A stretch of 64,000 nt of DNA, from assembly GCA_040954595.2 (NCBI GenBank), contig CM082578.2:1222831-1286830 (forward strand), read 5' to 3'. The stretch is from Balanoglossus misakiensis. Taxonomy: Eukaryota > Animalia > Hemichordata. Both the position numbers and the translations under genes were made by a program. This document shows positions 38,286 to 50,700 of the stretch, piece by piece. Position 1 is the stretch's first letter, and each line of letters starts with the position of its first letter. The notes beneath the pieces are model-generated. The model was not told the origin of the DNA and searched no databases. It was given only the letters and a program-made list of their open reading frames with translations.

Positions 38286-38343
38286 TTGTGTACTTCACTG
38301 ATGGACCCGACACTACAGACAACATATTTATATTTTGTTTCAG

Positions 38344-39160
38344 ATGGAAACGTGTGTGTGACAGAGATTCACTTGCCAGCCGCTACTTGTCAGACAGTGA
38401 CTCTGAAAGTGATGACGCTCATTTACCAACATTTACAGAAATTTGCAGGAAACATAAATTAAATGGGGGGATTGAATCACTTGCGTCAGAATATACCCAG
38501 GATCTATGTAATTTAATTGAGGAAAGCACCAGGGGTCAAGCAACCAATCAAGGGTGGGTTAATCAGAGGGTTGGGAGAATTACCGCCAGTTTAGCTTATA
38601 AAATTGTTCATGTTAAAAATCAATCATCCAATCATTCAATTCTTAAATCCATTCTTAATTGTAATCACTTCTCAGGAAATTTTCAAACTGAATATGGCAT
38701 AGAAAAAGAAAATGTTGCTAGAAGTTTATATTTTATAGAAAATGAAAAAACGCATAAAAATTTTAAAATATGGGAAACAGGGTTATTTGTTGACCCAGGT
38801 CAACCACATTTTGGGGCAAGCCCAGATGGCATGGTTGAATGTCAGTGTCATGGGAGGGGGGTAATAGAAATTAAATGCCCAAGCATTGGTGCCGAGTGTG
38901 ATTTACAAGAATACGTGAAACTGAAAAATAATGTCAGCATGGACCAAAACAAAAATATTCATCTCGAATCTGGTCCATGGCTGACCCAAATTCAAATGCA
39001 GATGGCAATAGCCAGGGTGGAATACTGTGATTTTGTTTTGTATTTAGGAAAGCATCCATATGTTCATGTAGAGAGAATATACCGTGATAAAGAATTCTGG
39101 GATTTGTTAAGCACCAGATTGACAGATATATTCCTTTCTTGGGTGTTTCCAAACATTTAA
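38344..39160 (+). CDS. Terminal exon: YqaJ/lambda-exonuclease-like domain of the ISL2EU accessory protein
   Basis: TRGQ..W...R.GRITAS, YG..E, TGLFV, GASPDG, EIKCP and QIQMQM motifs (PD-(D/E)xK fold); acceptor ttttgtttcag ends at 38343. Confidence 0.9.
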
Positions 39161-39429
39161 AGAGAAATTTGTTGCCACTGTAAATTTTTGAGTGTTGTGT
39201 TTTGAATCCGGTAATAAATAACAGTTTTACCCCACATGAATTATAACATTCATTTCTCTGAGTGGTTTCTGGGGAAAAAGACAGCAATACAATCTTTTCC
39301 ATGAGAAAATTTATTTTAGGGGACAATTATGCTGTAAATGAAAAAAAGAAAAAGCGCAAAACAATAATTTTCTTGATATATTATATTTATTTGCATTTCT
39401 GTCATTTTGTTGCACCAGAATTGCGAATG

Positions 39430-42400
39430 TTAATTCTTCACAAGTGGTTCATAAAGATTGCACAGTGCTGCTGCAACTATCAACATCTGATTGGTAACAG
39501 GTTTTAAGAGACAATGGTATGATTTGAGATAAAAGGGAATTTTTTTTTATTCTTTCAATGGCTCTCTCAACATGGATTCTCAATCTGGCAATATCACGAG
39601 TTTTCACAATTTCTTTCAAACTAAGATGTTTACCCTTTCCCCATGAACATTTACGTGTGAACGGTGGAATTGCAAGATCTGCATGCCTTTTCAAACATAA
39701 ATCCCTTATCAAAAAACCCCTATCAGCCATGACCAAGTCCCCCCTTTCAAGCAAATCAATTATACCACATTCCTTAGTAATGTGTCGATCAGATGCATTC
39801 CCACCCCACAACTTTGAAACAAAACTGATGAAGCCATCTGGTGTTATACCTATAAGAGCTTTACATACTGTATTTCGTGATTTGTAATTAGAGTATGTTA
39901 TATATTGTGCTTTGGGCATTGATGGTTTTTGTATATAAAATTCTGTGCAATCAATGATTACTCTGGTCGTTCTATACTTTGACTTAAAACTACGAGGCAA
40001 GTTTTTCGACACACGTCTCCTGGATGGCCATTTCAGAAGAGGAGACATAGCTGACGACAATACATTAATCCATGTTATGAACACCTGGGACACTCGAGTG
40101 GTTGATGTACCAAACATGTCAGCTAAAATAAACAAAGACAATCCCACCCGTAGCCTCATGAGTGTCCACATAAACTCCTGAAAAGGACTGAGTTTTCGCT
40201 GTCTTCCTCGTTTCCTGGGTATGGTTCCTCCATTGTTCTCTTCCCTGAAAATTGGCCAGCAATAAATCATTATGTTGGGATAAAAGCAAGTGATGAGTGA
40301 AACAAAGTTCATGAAGGTACACCATCCCTATCCTAGCGAAGAGTTTCTGATGGACAAATGGTCAGAAAAACATGCATGAATAGAGCCCAGCAAGTTATCC
40401 ATCATCTTAAAGGGCTGCAAACAATTTACATATGCCAATATATGGTTAGAGGAGTTTCTAAATAATAGATAAGCTTTTCGCAAAGTCACCTAGGGAAAAT
40501 ATGTCATTGGCTAGATACATGCACAATGATATGGTCAAACACTATCTCTTTCTGACACAGAATCAAGTAACAAATGATTGAGAAATAACAAAAAAAATGG
40601 AAATATTAACTGAGACTAGGTTTTCCTTGCCAGTATTTTATATTTGTTGATGACGATGCAATATCAAAAACATCAGTAAGTTGGCTTCTTGATTTTATAC
40701 CTACAGTATGTAATAAGAAATTATCTAATTATCAGATTTCACGACAAAATAAAAAATTCACAAGTTCATGGCACACAACTCATTGGCCTCTATCACTATT
40801 CCAAGCTTTAGCCCGGTAGCTGCTATGGTTTTCCAGATTGACCATAGGCCCTTTAGGCACGGGCCCCTAAAAAACACTACAAATACAGACAGCAGATATA
40901 CCACTCTTCACTGTAAAATGAGGAAAACAGTGAAGTCATTGCCAAGTCTAAGCTTTTTTCCAATATGTACCATATACATGATTTCCATAGCTAACCTGTG
41001 TATTTCATGCAGCTTTTATCACTTTTCAGCAAACAATCCACAGTTAAATCGCGCCGTAATTTATCTTTATCACTCAAGACATTCTCCAGTTCATTTACCC
41101 TTTTTTGTAAAAATATATTGATTTCTTGGGCTTGCTGCAGATGTGACCCTTGAACAAAAAATTAAAAATTTGTTAATTTTAAGTTCCATTAGCTGTAACT
41201 CTTTTCTATGTTTAAGCAAAATGTACATGTACAACAATTTACTTCCTGAAGAGGATATGATCATTTATTTGTACAACAACAGTGATAATAAGGTTGTATA
41301 AAATATCCTTTTTTAAAACAGACAAATTTATATAAAAATATTGACAATGAATTAAAAGAAAATATCAATAATCATCTATAAAAATGAGCTTTGAGTGTTA
41401 AAGACAATTAATACTATACTTTACCTGTAATATCTGTTTGGGTAGCAACAGACACACCAGAACTATTTTCATTCAGATCAGTTCTACAGTAGGCATGATC
41501 ATCACTTGGAGGATTGGTGATATCAAAGACTGCATCTATGGTAAAGTTTGACAAAATGATCAGAACCATATATTATCGTTGACATATTCCTTTCACGAAA
41601 CTACAGTCATTTGGCCAATGTTTAGGTCCAAAAATAACTGAAGGTCACAACAAGACCAAGTACATTTCAATTCGAACGAACGAAAGCGATGCTATCATCA
41701 TTATCATGCGCAGGTGTTGTGCCGAATTCGGCCCCTTGCCGAATACGTCCCCGCGCATGCCTTGACAAACAAACCATGGCTTCTAAGGGATAAGATCGGC
41801 AGGTAAAGCTGCTGATTTCAGCCCCGTTGCCGATTAAGACCCCAACTAAAGTCATGTTAACTATTGAAAGCTAAAAGTGATGGTTTCGGCCTAAATAGGT
41901 GAATATCTGCCCATGGCCCTGATTTGTTGGTGGAATGAAATTAAATCCTTGCGGTAATGCAATGTCCAAGTTTACAGTGCAGTACAATGTACATTCATGC
42001 ACAGCCTTACATGCACGTTGGATGGCAAAACTTTCACACAAGAAAATGCAATATTTCAGACACATGTTACTGATGACCCGAGCATGCGCGGGACGTATTC
42101 GGCATGGGGCCGAATTCGGCACAACACCGGCATGCATTGAACACATGGCGGCGTAGACGCGCTGATTATCACACGCGTAGACGTGAACAAGCGCGCTGTT
42201 GATATCACCGTGGTTTTGGCATCCGCGTTTGTGAATGGTGACCAGTTTTCGTTAGGTTACAAGAGACAATACATTTTTCTCTTCAAATTATCAGCGTTTT
42301 CATATCCTAGCAATATTCATGCCGACAGAAAGAAAGTACGGCAAACGAGAAACTTTTGTCAATGACCAGATCGGTGATCGTAAATGTTTTAGTACGTTGT

Positions 42401-42985
42401 GATAACGAAAAGTACATGAGACAACCACTGGTATTTTCACACGTCATTTGACGGGTGCACATGGACGTTCAAAGCGGTATACATGTAGTACTTACATTTG
42501 GTGGACACAGACGGGTGACACGTTTGGCTTCCGAGGCAGCAGTCAGCAGAAACTCCAGACGTGGGTCGGCAACTGGTCGCAAAATCTACCGTCTGCTCAG
42601 CGGCGGCCTGTACCGTGTGTACCGGTACATCGTAAATCCGTTGGCGTTGCTGCCACAGGTTTCGTGGACGTAATGATTCTGATGAATTCCGTTGCCCCCA
42701 GTCATTATATGCAAATTTATGTGGGACGATGTTGTGCTTCCAGTCACCCGTTGACGGAACATTATGTTCATCGAAATGGCGTGAACATAACCTTGAAAAC
42801 TTGTTGGGAATCCAAGATGGTTCCCGGTGGCACGCTGATATCCACTTTCGGCGAATATTATTCTGGTAAATTCGATGCGGAAATGCGTGGAAAGTCACTC
42901 CTGACATCAACGGGTACTTATCTAAATTACGCAACTTCCATGTATGGGATTTGCAACCCGTAACTGCGCATTGAAACTCGGGCAT
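39430..42985 (-). CDS. Spliced ISL2EU transposase (THAP, coiled coil, HTH, DDE_Tnp_4); exons ~42985-42496, 41535-41425, 41148-40996, 40700-~40611, ~40245-39430; 1-nt frameshift near the C-terminus
   Basis: THAP MPEFQCAVTGC..FHAFP..W..LCSRHF; DHAY, VATQTD, KYTG, KYWQG; LMRLRVGL..LADMFG; IIDCTE, MADRGF, RIHVERAIERIK; tail NQMLIVAAALCNLYEPLV lies in another frame; exon 4/5 junction uncertain. Confidence 0.85.
41715..42126. mobile_element. Ginger-like MITE in transposase intron 1 (TGT...ACA, ~45-bp TIR, 4-bp TSD CAGG/CCGG with one mismatch)
   Basis: TGTTGTGCCGAATTCGGCCCC ... GGGGCCGAATTCGGCACAACA. Confidence 0.7.
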
Positions 42986-43649
42986 TATCCTAGCAACCGC
43001 AGGTCACTTTGTAAACAATACAGTCGGAAAGTGTCCTACCCTTCAAGCGGTAGGACAAACATTTCGCACACTGCGCAAGCGCACTAGATCAATTCTCGCG
43101 AGAGTTAGTTATTCGGGAATCAGGAATTCTACCGCTGGCTGCGCTGTCGCAGTGACCTTAAGCCAGGTCAAATTTGAGCTAAAAGACAAGTTCCGTCGAC
43201 ATACTCATGAATATTTCTTGGTTTCTTCGCGTATAAACTCGGGAATATTATGCCCCTGAAGCCTGGGCTGGCTTTGATGCACGTTATCGAGTATTAATCA
43301 GTCAAAGACCCACGGTAGCAAAGTAGGTAATTGTCTTTTTTCACGCGGATCCTTTGGTCATATATTCTGCATGCCTACAGCCCCACATTCGCTGATATTG
43401 CCATCTTTCTCGATAGTTATTATAATATTTAGCTAGAGACGGCCTTGTATACTCTGAATTTTAGACTAGGAATGACTCAGCTGGCATATCGTACCACTTT
43501 TTCTGTGACATTGCCGACCGGCCCGGCGCAACTACCGAGAAAGGGTACGGGTGTGCTCGTGGGAATTGTCAACTACCCGTTCATCGTTCGACTGCTCAAC
43601 ACAGATCATTGATAACACAATGTCACATTTCGAACTAATTTTGGAATTC

Positions 43650-43950
43650 TGGATAAATTTTCCAAATATCCTGTTAATCTGGGATTTTCTTCCATCACCT
43701 TGATGCAACTGTATCAGAATTTGTCTTTTAAGTTTTAAATTCACACCAAAAAAACAACAACAGCCATTTCCTGGAAATTGTCATGTTTTCTCTAAAAAAA
43801 TTAAGCTGAACTTTTTTATTGAAAGGAAACGTTCAGCAGATTTTTTTCTCCCCAAAATTCAGGTGAATTTTTCACAGATTCTTTTTTCCCAGAAATTCTG
43901 CCGAAATCTACACTAATCACACACTTATTGGAAAGGTGTAACACAAATTA
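43650..43950 (+). repeat. Dispersed repeat; second copy at ~61090-61410
   Basis: Shared collinear blocks ggataaatttt..ccatcaccttga..catttcctggaaat..tacact.atca.acactt.ttggaaaggtgt. Confidence 0.7.
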
Positions 43951-44105
43951 TAGACTTTACAAACAAAAATCTAATGTTATACATTTATGAACCTCTTATT
44001 CACCAATATTAAATGTTTTCAAAGAGGAAGGGTATTATTCTCGGACTGGAATTTCGAAATTAGTTTGGAACATGTTTGATGTGTTATAAATTGGTTTATT
44101 TTCAG

Positions 44106-44224
44106 ATTTTATGGTGGGCACTTGACAGTAATTGAGGGTTATTCTGAAAATCTTTATGCTGGAGCAGAGATTGTAAACCAGATTGAAGAGACTTCCAATG
44201 AAACAGCGAACCATGGTTGTATTG
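44106..44224 (+). CDS. uif-like exon: C-type lectin, middle part
   Basis: FYGGHLTVIEGYSENLY..HGCIG; cag|...|gtgagt. Confidence 0.75.
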
Positions 44225-44659
44225 GTGAGTGTGTCTTTGAACAGTGTTTCTCAGTGTTCCCAAATAATTTGTGGGTGTATCAAGTGTAAAAAATAACTGG
44301 TTTTGGAATTTGACAGTTTACAAGTGAGCACTGCATAGTAACACTTGAATGATAATTGTCTCAAGATGGTAATTGAAAAGCCTATTTTTTTACATCTCAA
44401 TCACCTCACAAAATATTGCCAAGTGACTCTGTATGCAGTTTTTCATCCAGACGGAGGGATGGGGGAATTCGCCCACTGTCAGCATATTGGCACCCCCTAG
44501 AAATTTGTCAAGGGGGAAATGGTGCCCGTTACAGACTCAGCGATGTCACTCATTCCCCTCCTTGCAAGAGTGCAACTATTCTTGCAAAGGGGGACATATC
44601 CCCCCATCCTGGATGAAACACTGCTGTATGCATCTTCTTTCTTTATTTCCATTTTATAG

Positions 44660-44880
44660 GATTTAGTGGACCCAATCCAGGTGGCAGTGTGGAATATGAT
44701 TTTTCAGATGGCAGGAAAGGTAGTGTCTTTGATGGTCGATGGGCAGACACAGAACCTGATGCCTCCACTGGGCAATGTGTGAGGTTAAAGTAAACCTCTT
44801 TGAAAATAATTACCCATGGTATCATGCAAGATGTGATGATGTCAGTCCGTCAATGTGTGAAGTAGCAGCTTGTGCTGAGG
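44660..44880 (+). CDS. uif-like exon: C-type lectin C-terminus (frameshifted)
   Basis: SDG..WADTEPD..GQCV, then after a frame change PWYHARCDDVSPSMCE; 221 nt between two phase-1 junctions. Confidence 0.75.
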
Positions 44881-44966
44881 GTAAGTCTGATTCAAATCAA
44901 CTAGAATCTGCCCTTACTAGCATCAGGTCTTTACTTTTCTCACACTGCTGTGGTCACTTCCCTACA

Positions 44967-44968
<2 letters not shown>

Positions 44969-45006
<38 letters not shown>

Positions 45007-45295
45007 AAAAGGGAGGGAGGGAGAGGTTGGGAGGGGAGAGTGAGAGGGGAGGGGGATCGAGGGGAGTGGGAGATCGAGGGGAGGGGGAGATCGAGGGGAG
45101 GGTGGGAGAAAGGGAGGGAGGGGAGAGGGGAGGGAGGGGGGGTAAGAGAAAGGGAGAGGGAGGGAGGGGAGAGAGAGGGGAGGGAGGGGAGAGAGAGGGG
45201 AGGGAGGATCGAGGGGAGAGGGAGGGAGAGGGGGAGGGAGAGAGCTAGAGAGGGAGGGGGGAGGGAGAGGGGGTGGGAGGATGAGAGTGAGAGAG
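44969..45295. repeat. (GA)n and G/A-rich polypurine tract
   Basis: Direct read of sequence. Confidence 0.95.
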
Positions 45296-45779
45296 TCCCC
45301 TAAGCCATACAAGATATACATGTGATAGGATATTAAACTTTAAACATCTAGACTTGGAAGAGCTCACCACTAAAAGTTAAACAAAGGGGATCAGATGAGA
45401 TCATGTCTCCTGCGGTGCAGAATGGTGTTATATTTGAAATTCAAAACGGAGGAGAGTTACTTCATTCTGGCCAGTAATTTTGTCGCTAGATAATTCCACT
45501 CATTAATTGAAATGTTATCTTTAAATTATACTTTTAGACTATTTATTTGAAACAGGTTTTCATGCTTTTTTGTTAAAGCAGTTTTACTTTTGGCAGAGAT
45601 ACAATATTGATCGTGTGATATTGTTCATAAACTTAAAAGCTTATGGGTTTGATACAAAAACTTTCATGTCCTTTCCTACATACAGAAAATTAATAAGATA
45701 TATTAGTATTATGACAAAAGTTAAAAAAATATCCATCAATGTAAATGTTATCTTTATTTTTTAAATAATTTTTGTTCAG

Positions 45780-45884
45780 GTGACTTTCGATGCTCCAATG
45801 TTAATTGTATAAATCCTGACTGGGTTTGTGATGGTACAGTTGACTGTGGTGATGGTGATTTCTCTGATGAGATTGGATGTGCAG
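45780..45884 (+). CDS. uif-like exon: LDL-receptor class A repeat
   Basis: DFRCSNVNCINPDWVCDGTVDCGDGDFSDEIGC. Confidence 0.85.
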
Positions 45885-46160
45885 GTATGTTTTTGGCAAG
45901 TGGTCTGAAACAATCATATTCTCTACGCTCACCTCAACATCATTGCAAAGTGGGCCCAGGCGATGACCAAGTTTCCTAAATGTGTGGTATAGTGTAGTTT
46001 TGGCTTGAAGTCATTATACAAAAGAATCTTGTAAATATGCGTGACAACTGATATGTGCCAACCTCAAACTACCAGACCATAATTATTTGTACATCTCCTT
46101 TGCAACTACAGACTACTTTTGAACTGTCAGCAGAAATTCTGATCCTCAAAGAATTTCGTA

Positions 46161-46352
46161 CTGTAAAACAGGAAATTTTCGTGAGCTATAAATATTTCGC
46201 GAACTGTGCGAGAGCCAAAAAACACGAAAATAAACAAGTTGTGTAAAAATGTTTTTCGAAGATAACAATGCAGTGAAAAATGAGAATTTGAAAATTAATC
46301 ATCGCATAAAAGTTGTCACTTTTGATATCACGAAAAATTTCCTGTTTTACAG
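46161..46352. mobile_element. TA-flanked MITE (CTGTAAAAC...GTTTTACAG); relatives at 54823-54987, 55033-55238, ~59065-59275, ~60612-60805
   Basis: Short TIRs with TA on both sides; shared internal sequence among copies. Confidence 0.75.
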
Positions 46353-46664
46353 TATTTCATAATTATAAATCAGAAACAAAACTGGGTCAAGTATTTTAAG
46401 AATCTGGCATCTTTCACACTGATAGTTTGAGCTTAGAGAATAATAATATGCTGTTCTTGGAATTTTCGGGTGTGATAAATGTCGTTTCAAAATTTTACAT
46501 TTGATTTATACTAATATAAAATTTGTTTTATACATGTACATTGGATACTCACTGTTGGTGAAGTAATTTTATCATCAATGAAATTTCTTCAACTTGAAGA
46601 GCTGAAGCTTTATGACCATTCATCACACAAATAAACCCTTTCTTTTTATTTTGATGATGTTCAG

Positions 46665-46798
46665 GAACATGTGGTGGTTTGGAAACTGGTGTCTCAGGGA
46701 CCTTTCACAGCACTGGATACCCAGATGATAATTATTACATTCTACAAGAATGTATTTGGACAATCCAGGGACCTGCAACATCCAGAATAAATTTTGAG
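46665..46798 (+). CDS. uif-like exon: CUB1 N-half
   Basis: CGGLETGVSGTFHSTGYPDDNY..ECIWTI. Confidence 0.85.
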
Positions 46799-47345
46799 GT
46801 ACAGTAAAACTTGTCTAATCTGGAAACCTGCCTATACAGAACACCTTTTCCCATCCATTCGTCGTACAAACACAATTTTAAAGGAACCTCTATGAAATAA
46901 ACTGGACACCTGTATTAAAAAGTTTCTTCCTTATAACAAACTATCTATAACTTCAGGCTAGTTTATCAGTATTTTTGTTTTGTGTATAAAACACATTTCC
47001 TGTCCTTATGAGTAACCCATCACACCCCTGCAGCTCTCTGCTTGTCAACAAGTCATGTGTATGTACTGACCATTGTTATTATTTACAAATGTTTTCAAAC
47101 AACAACAATGCCGATTGTGCACTCATAGATTTCAATGAGAAGATTAAGACTATGGATTTAACTCTGCCCTGGGGAGCTGAACAAGAAACTATGGTTGATA
47201 CACAGAATAGAAATACTGAAAAATGCAAGAAGTTACAGCTAATGGGGCTTAAGTCATGAATCTGTGTTTATTTTCATGTATATTGGCTTGAGACAGCTCA
47301 CTATGTATGATGTGTGTTGTAACATTTTGTTTTTATTCTTTTCAG

Positions 47346-47547
47346 TTTCCGTATTTTGACAGTGAACTTTATCATGATACTGTTGTCATTGTCGATGGGT
47401 CTGTGTTTGACCAATCCAAAGTTCTTGCAACATATAGTGGACTGGACCAGCCTGATGAAGTTATTAGCAGTGGTAATGCAATGTTGGTGAAATTTCTCTC
47501 AGATAGTTCGCATACTGCTACTGGCTTTGAAGCATCTTGGCAAGCAG
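47346..47547 (+). CDS. uif-like exon: CUB1 C-half
   Basis: FDSELYHDTVVIVDG..SSGNAMLVKFLSD..GFEASW. Confidence 0.85.
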
Positions 47548-47709
47548 GTAATACTAAGTTTTGTACATGTACATACTTTAAAACGAGAAATTAATGCTCT
47601 GTGATTACCTTAGGCAAATACTGTCTCTGAAACGTTTTAAATTTTACCCTGTGTGAACCAGGTATAACATTATAGATTGCACGTGTAGGCAATATTGGCC
47701 CTACCTTGA

Positions 47710-50700
47710 TAGACCATGAGCCAGTAGGGGTTTACCTCCCCCCCCCCCGGGGGAATTTTTGAGACAATGTTTTTCTGAAAGCCTATCATATACTGAGTAA
47801 AATTCACTTTGTTTGCCATCTGGGCACCGGGGCGTTTTCGAGTTATTGGCTTTTAAATTATATTGGGTAACGTATGTAGAAAAGCCTAAAAGTGCATATA
47901 AATTGACGTAGGGGGGTAAATTAGTCTTGTAAAATACTGTCTCTCTGAATGTATACCTAGAACAACAGGGAAGTATTTGGTATCAAAAGAAAGCTTAATA
48001 AACAAGCTTTCCATTAATTACAAAATTAAAGTGATATGACAAATCATGACATCATAGTGACGTCATAAGTCAAAATACCCTTACGAAAATGGTGTTCTGT
48101 TCACCTATAATTTGCATAAATGTGAGGTTTTGCAAAACACGTCTCTGAGCAATTGTACTGATGAAAACTGTGATGTGTTTGGTATCAACAGAAAGCTGAT
48201 TGAGTAAAGTATCTAATTATTGCAAAATATTGATATAATAATCAATTACGTCATCATTACGTCATACTTCCAAGTACCCTTACCAATTAGTGACTATGAT
48301 GACAAGTTATTACCCTAGGAGATAGGTGCCTTTAAATAAAAAAATTGGTAAGGAAGGTTTGTGAAGTCCATTCTATGTAAAAAATGGTGCTGATTCCAAA
48401 AAAGGCAGTCTTATTGACCCCACCCAAGACAAAATTGCCATTTTGGCACTTTTTAACCCAAAAAAAGGTCATTTTTAGAAAACACTAAAAACACACTGTT
48501 TTCGTCACATTCGAAGATCTGATGACATATGATATGCCTATTCTATGTAAAATTTGGTTGATATTACGAAAAAAGCAGTCTAACTGACCCCACCTAAGAC
48601 AAAATTGCCGTTTTGGCACTTTTTAACCCAAAAAAGGTCATTTTTAAAAAAACACTAAAAACACACTGTTTTCGTCACATTCGAAGATCTGATGACATAT
48701 GATATGCCTATTCTATGTAAAGTTTGGTTGATATTACGAAAAAAGCAGTCTAACTGACCCCACCTAAGACAAAATTGCCGTTTTGGCACTTTTTAACCCA
48801 AAAAAGGTCATTTTTAAAAAAACACTAAAAACACACTGTTTTCGTCACATTCGAAGATCTGATGACATATGATATGCCTATTCTATGTAAAATTTGGTTG
48901 ATATTACGAAAAAAGCAGTCTGACTGACCCCAAACGAGACAGAATTGCCTTTTGGACCATTTTTTGCCCAAAAACGTCATTTTTAGACAAAACTTAAAAC
49001 ACACTCTTCTCTTCATATTGATTGATTTGATGATATATGGAAAGTCAATTCTATGTGTAAATTGGTGACTATAAAACATAAAGCAGTCTTTTTGACCCCA
49101 ATCAATACAAAAATGCCATTTTTGGCCACATTTTTGAGGTCAAATAAGGTCATTTTTACAAAAAAACTAAAAACAAACTGTTTTCTTCATATTCAGAGAT
49201 CATGTGATATAATATAATTTCTGATTTTGTATTCAGAACGAAGAGGATAAATGTCAACAATCTATCCGGAGCTGGTATAGATGTACTTAAAAAAATTATA
49301 CCATGTATAACCGACTTATAGTATACAGTGTGAATACATGGATCGTCTCGTTTTATTGTTGAGTTCCATTTTAGGCTAAATGTGCCTTTCAATATCATCA
49401 ATTCAACTGATATCATATGGTATGACATTTTAAATATGCAAATATAACATCAAAACTCAAAAGGCAAAAAACACCAATTATTTTGTTTTCTGAAAAAGAC
49501 AATTGTTGACTAGAAGATGGCTTAGTGGCAATTTTGTATTGAGTGGGGTCTTAATAAGACTGTTGTGTTGGTATCAGCATATTTTTTGCAAAAAATGGAC
49601 TTTCTATTCATAATCAAACATTTAAATACGAAGAAAACAGCTTGTTTTCATTTTTTCTTGAAATGACCTTTTTGACCAAAAATGGCCAAAATGACAATTT
49701 TGTAGGGCTGAAAAGAATTTTTTTTTTGGAATCGGCTCCCATTCAACAAAAATGGACCTTCTCCGTACATCATAAGATCTGAAAATAAAGAAAGAAGTTT
49801 TCAAACAGTTACCTTTTTTGAGCAAAGTGGCCAAAATGGCATTTTTTCCCTCTGTGGAGTCAGTAAGAGTGCTTTTTTGGAAAAATCGCTACTTTTAAGA
49901 TAGAATGGACTTTTATTTATTATTAGATCACCAAAGGGAAACAAATAGCATGTTTTTAGTATTTTCTAAAAATGACCCTTTTTGGGCAAAAAGTATTTTC
50001 ATCTTCATTGAGATCAATAAGATTGCTTTTTCTAGAGTCAACAGCAATTTTTCAATAAATGGACTTTTCATACATGATCAAATTTCCAAATATAAAGAAA
50101 AACGTTTGCTTATTTCTTAAAATGGCCTTTTTGGGCAAAAACTTGCCAAAAAACGCACTTTAATCTTGAGTGGCGCCAATAAACCTACTTTTTTGAATAC
50201 CTACCAAATTTTACACAAGGTGGGTATACAATACATTATCAGATCTACGAAAGTGAAGAAAATATATAAGTTTTGAGTGTTTTCTAAAAATGACATTTTT
50301 GGGGCAAAAAGTGGCAAAAATGGCACATTTGCCTTGAGTGGGGGTTAATAAGGCTGCTATTTCTGGAATCAGAACTATTTTACATAGCATAAACTTTTCA
50401 TATATCACATGATCTCTGAATATGAAGAAAACAGTTTGTTTTTAGTTTTTTTGTAAAAATGACCTTATTTGACCTCAAAAATGTGGCCAAAAATGGCATT
50501 TTTGTATTGATTGGGGTCAAAAAGACTGCTTTATGTTTTATAGTCACCAATTTACACATAGAATTGACTTTCCATATATCATCAAATCAATCAATATGAA
50601 GAGAAGAGTGTGTTTTAAGTTTTGTCTAAAAATGACGTTTTTGGGCAAAAAATGGTCCAAAAGGCAATTCTGTCTCGTTTGGGGTCAGTCAGACTGCTTT

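Larger units (their letters stand above)
25750..43600. mobile_element. ISL2EU (PIF/Harbinger-related) DNA transposon with two convergent genes; outer ends not resolved
   Basis: THAP+HTH+DDE_Tnp_4 transposase gene convergent with a SWIM-YqaJ exonuclease gene is the known ISL2EU layout; no TIR/TSD recognised. Confidence 0.7.

Noticed and set aside
38273-39160. Phage or viral recombinase, horizontal transfer
   Set aside because: YqaJ is the known accessory domain of ISL2EU elements; here it has a splice acceptor and is paired with the THAP-DDE gene.
44775-45321. Gly/Arg/Glu-rich and Pro/Leu-rich ORFs
   Set aside because: Translations of the GA-rich tract; only the first ~35 codons of the + ORF overlap a real exon.
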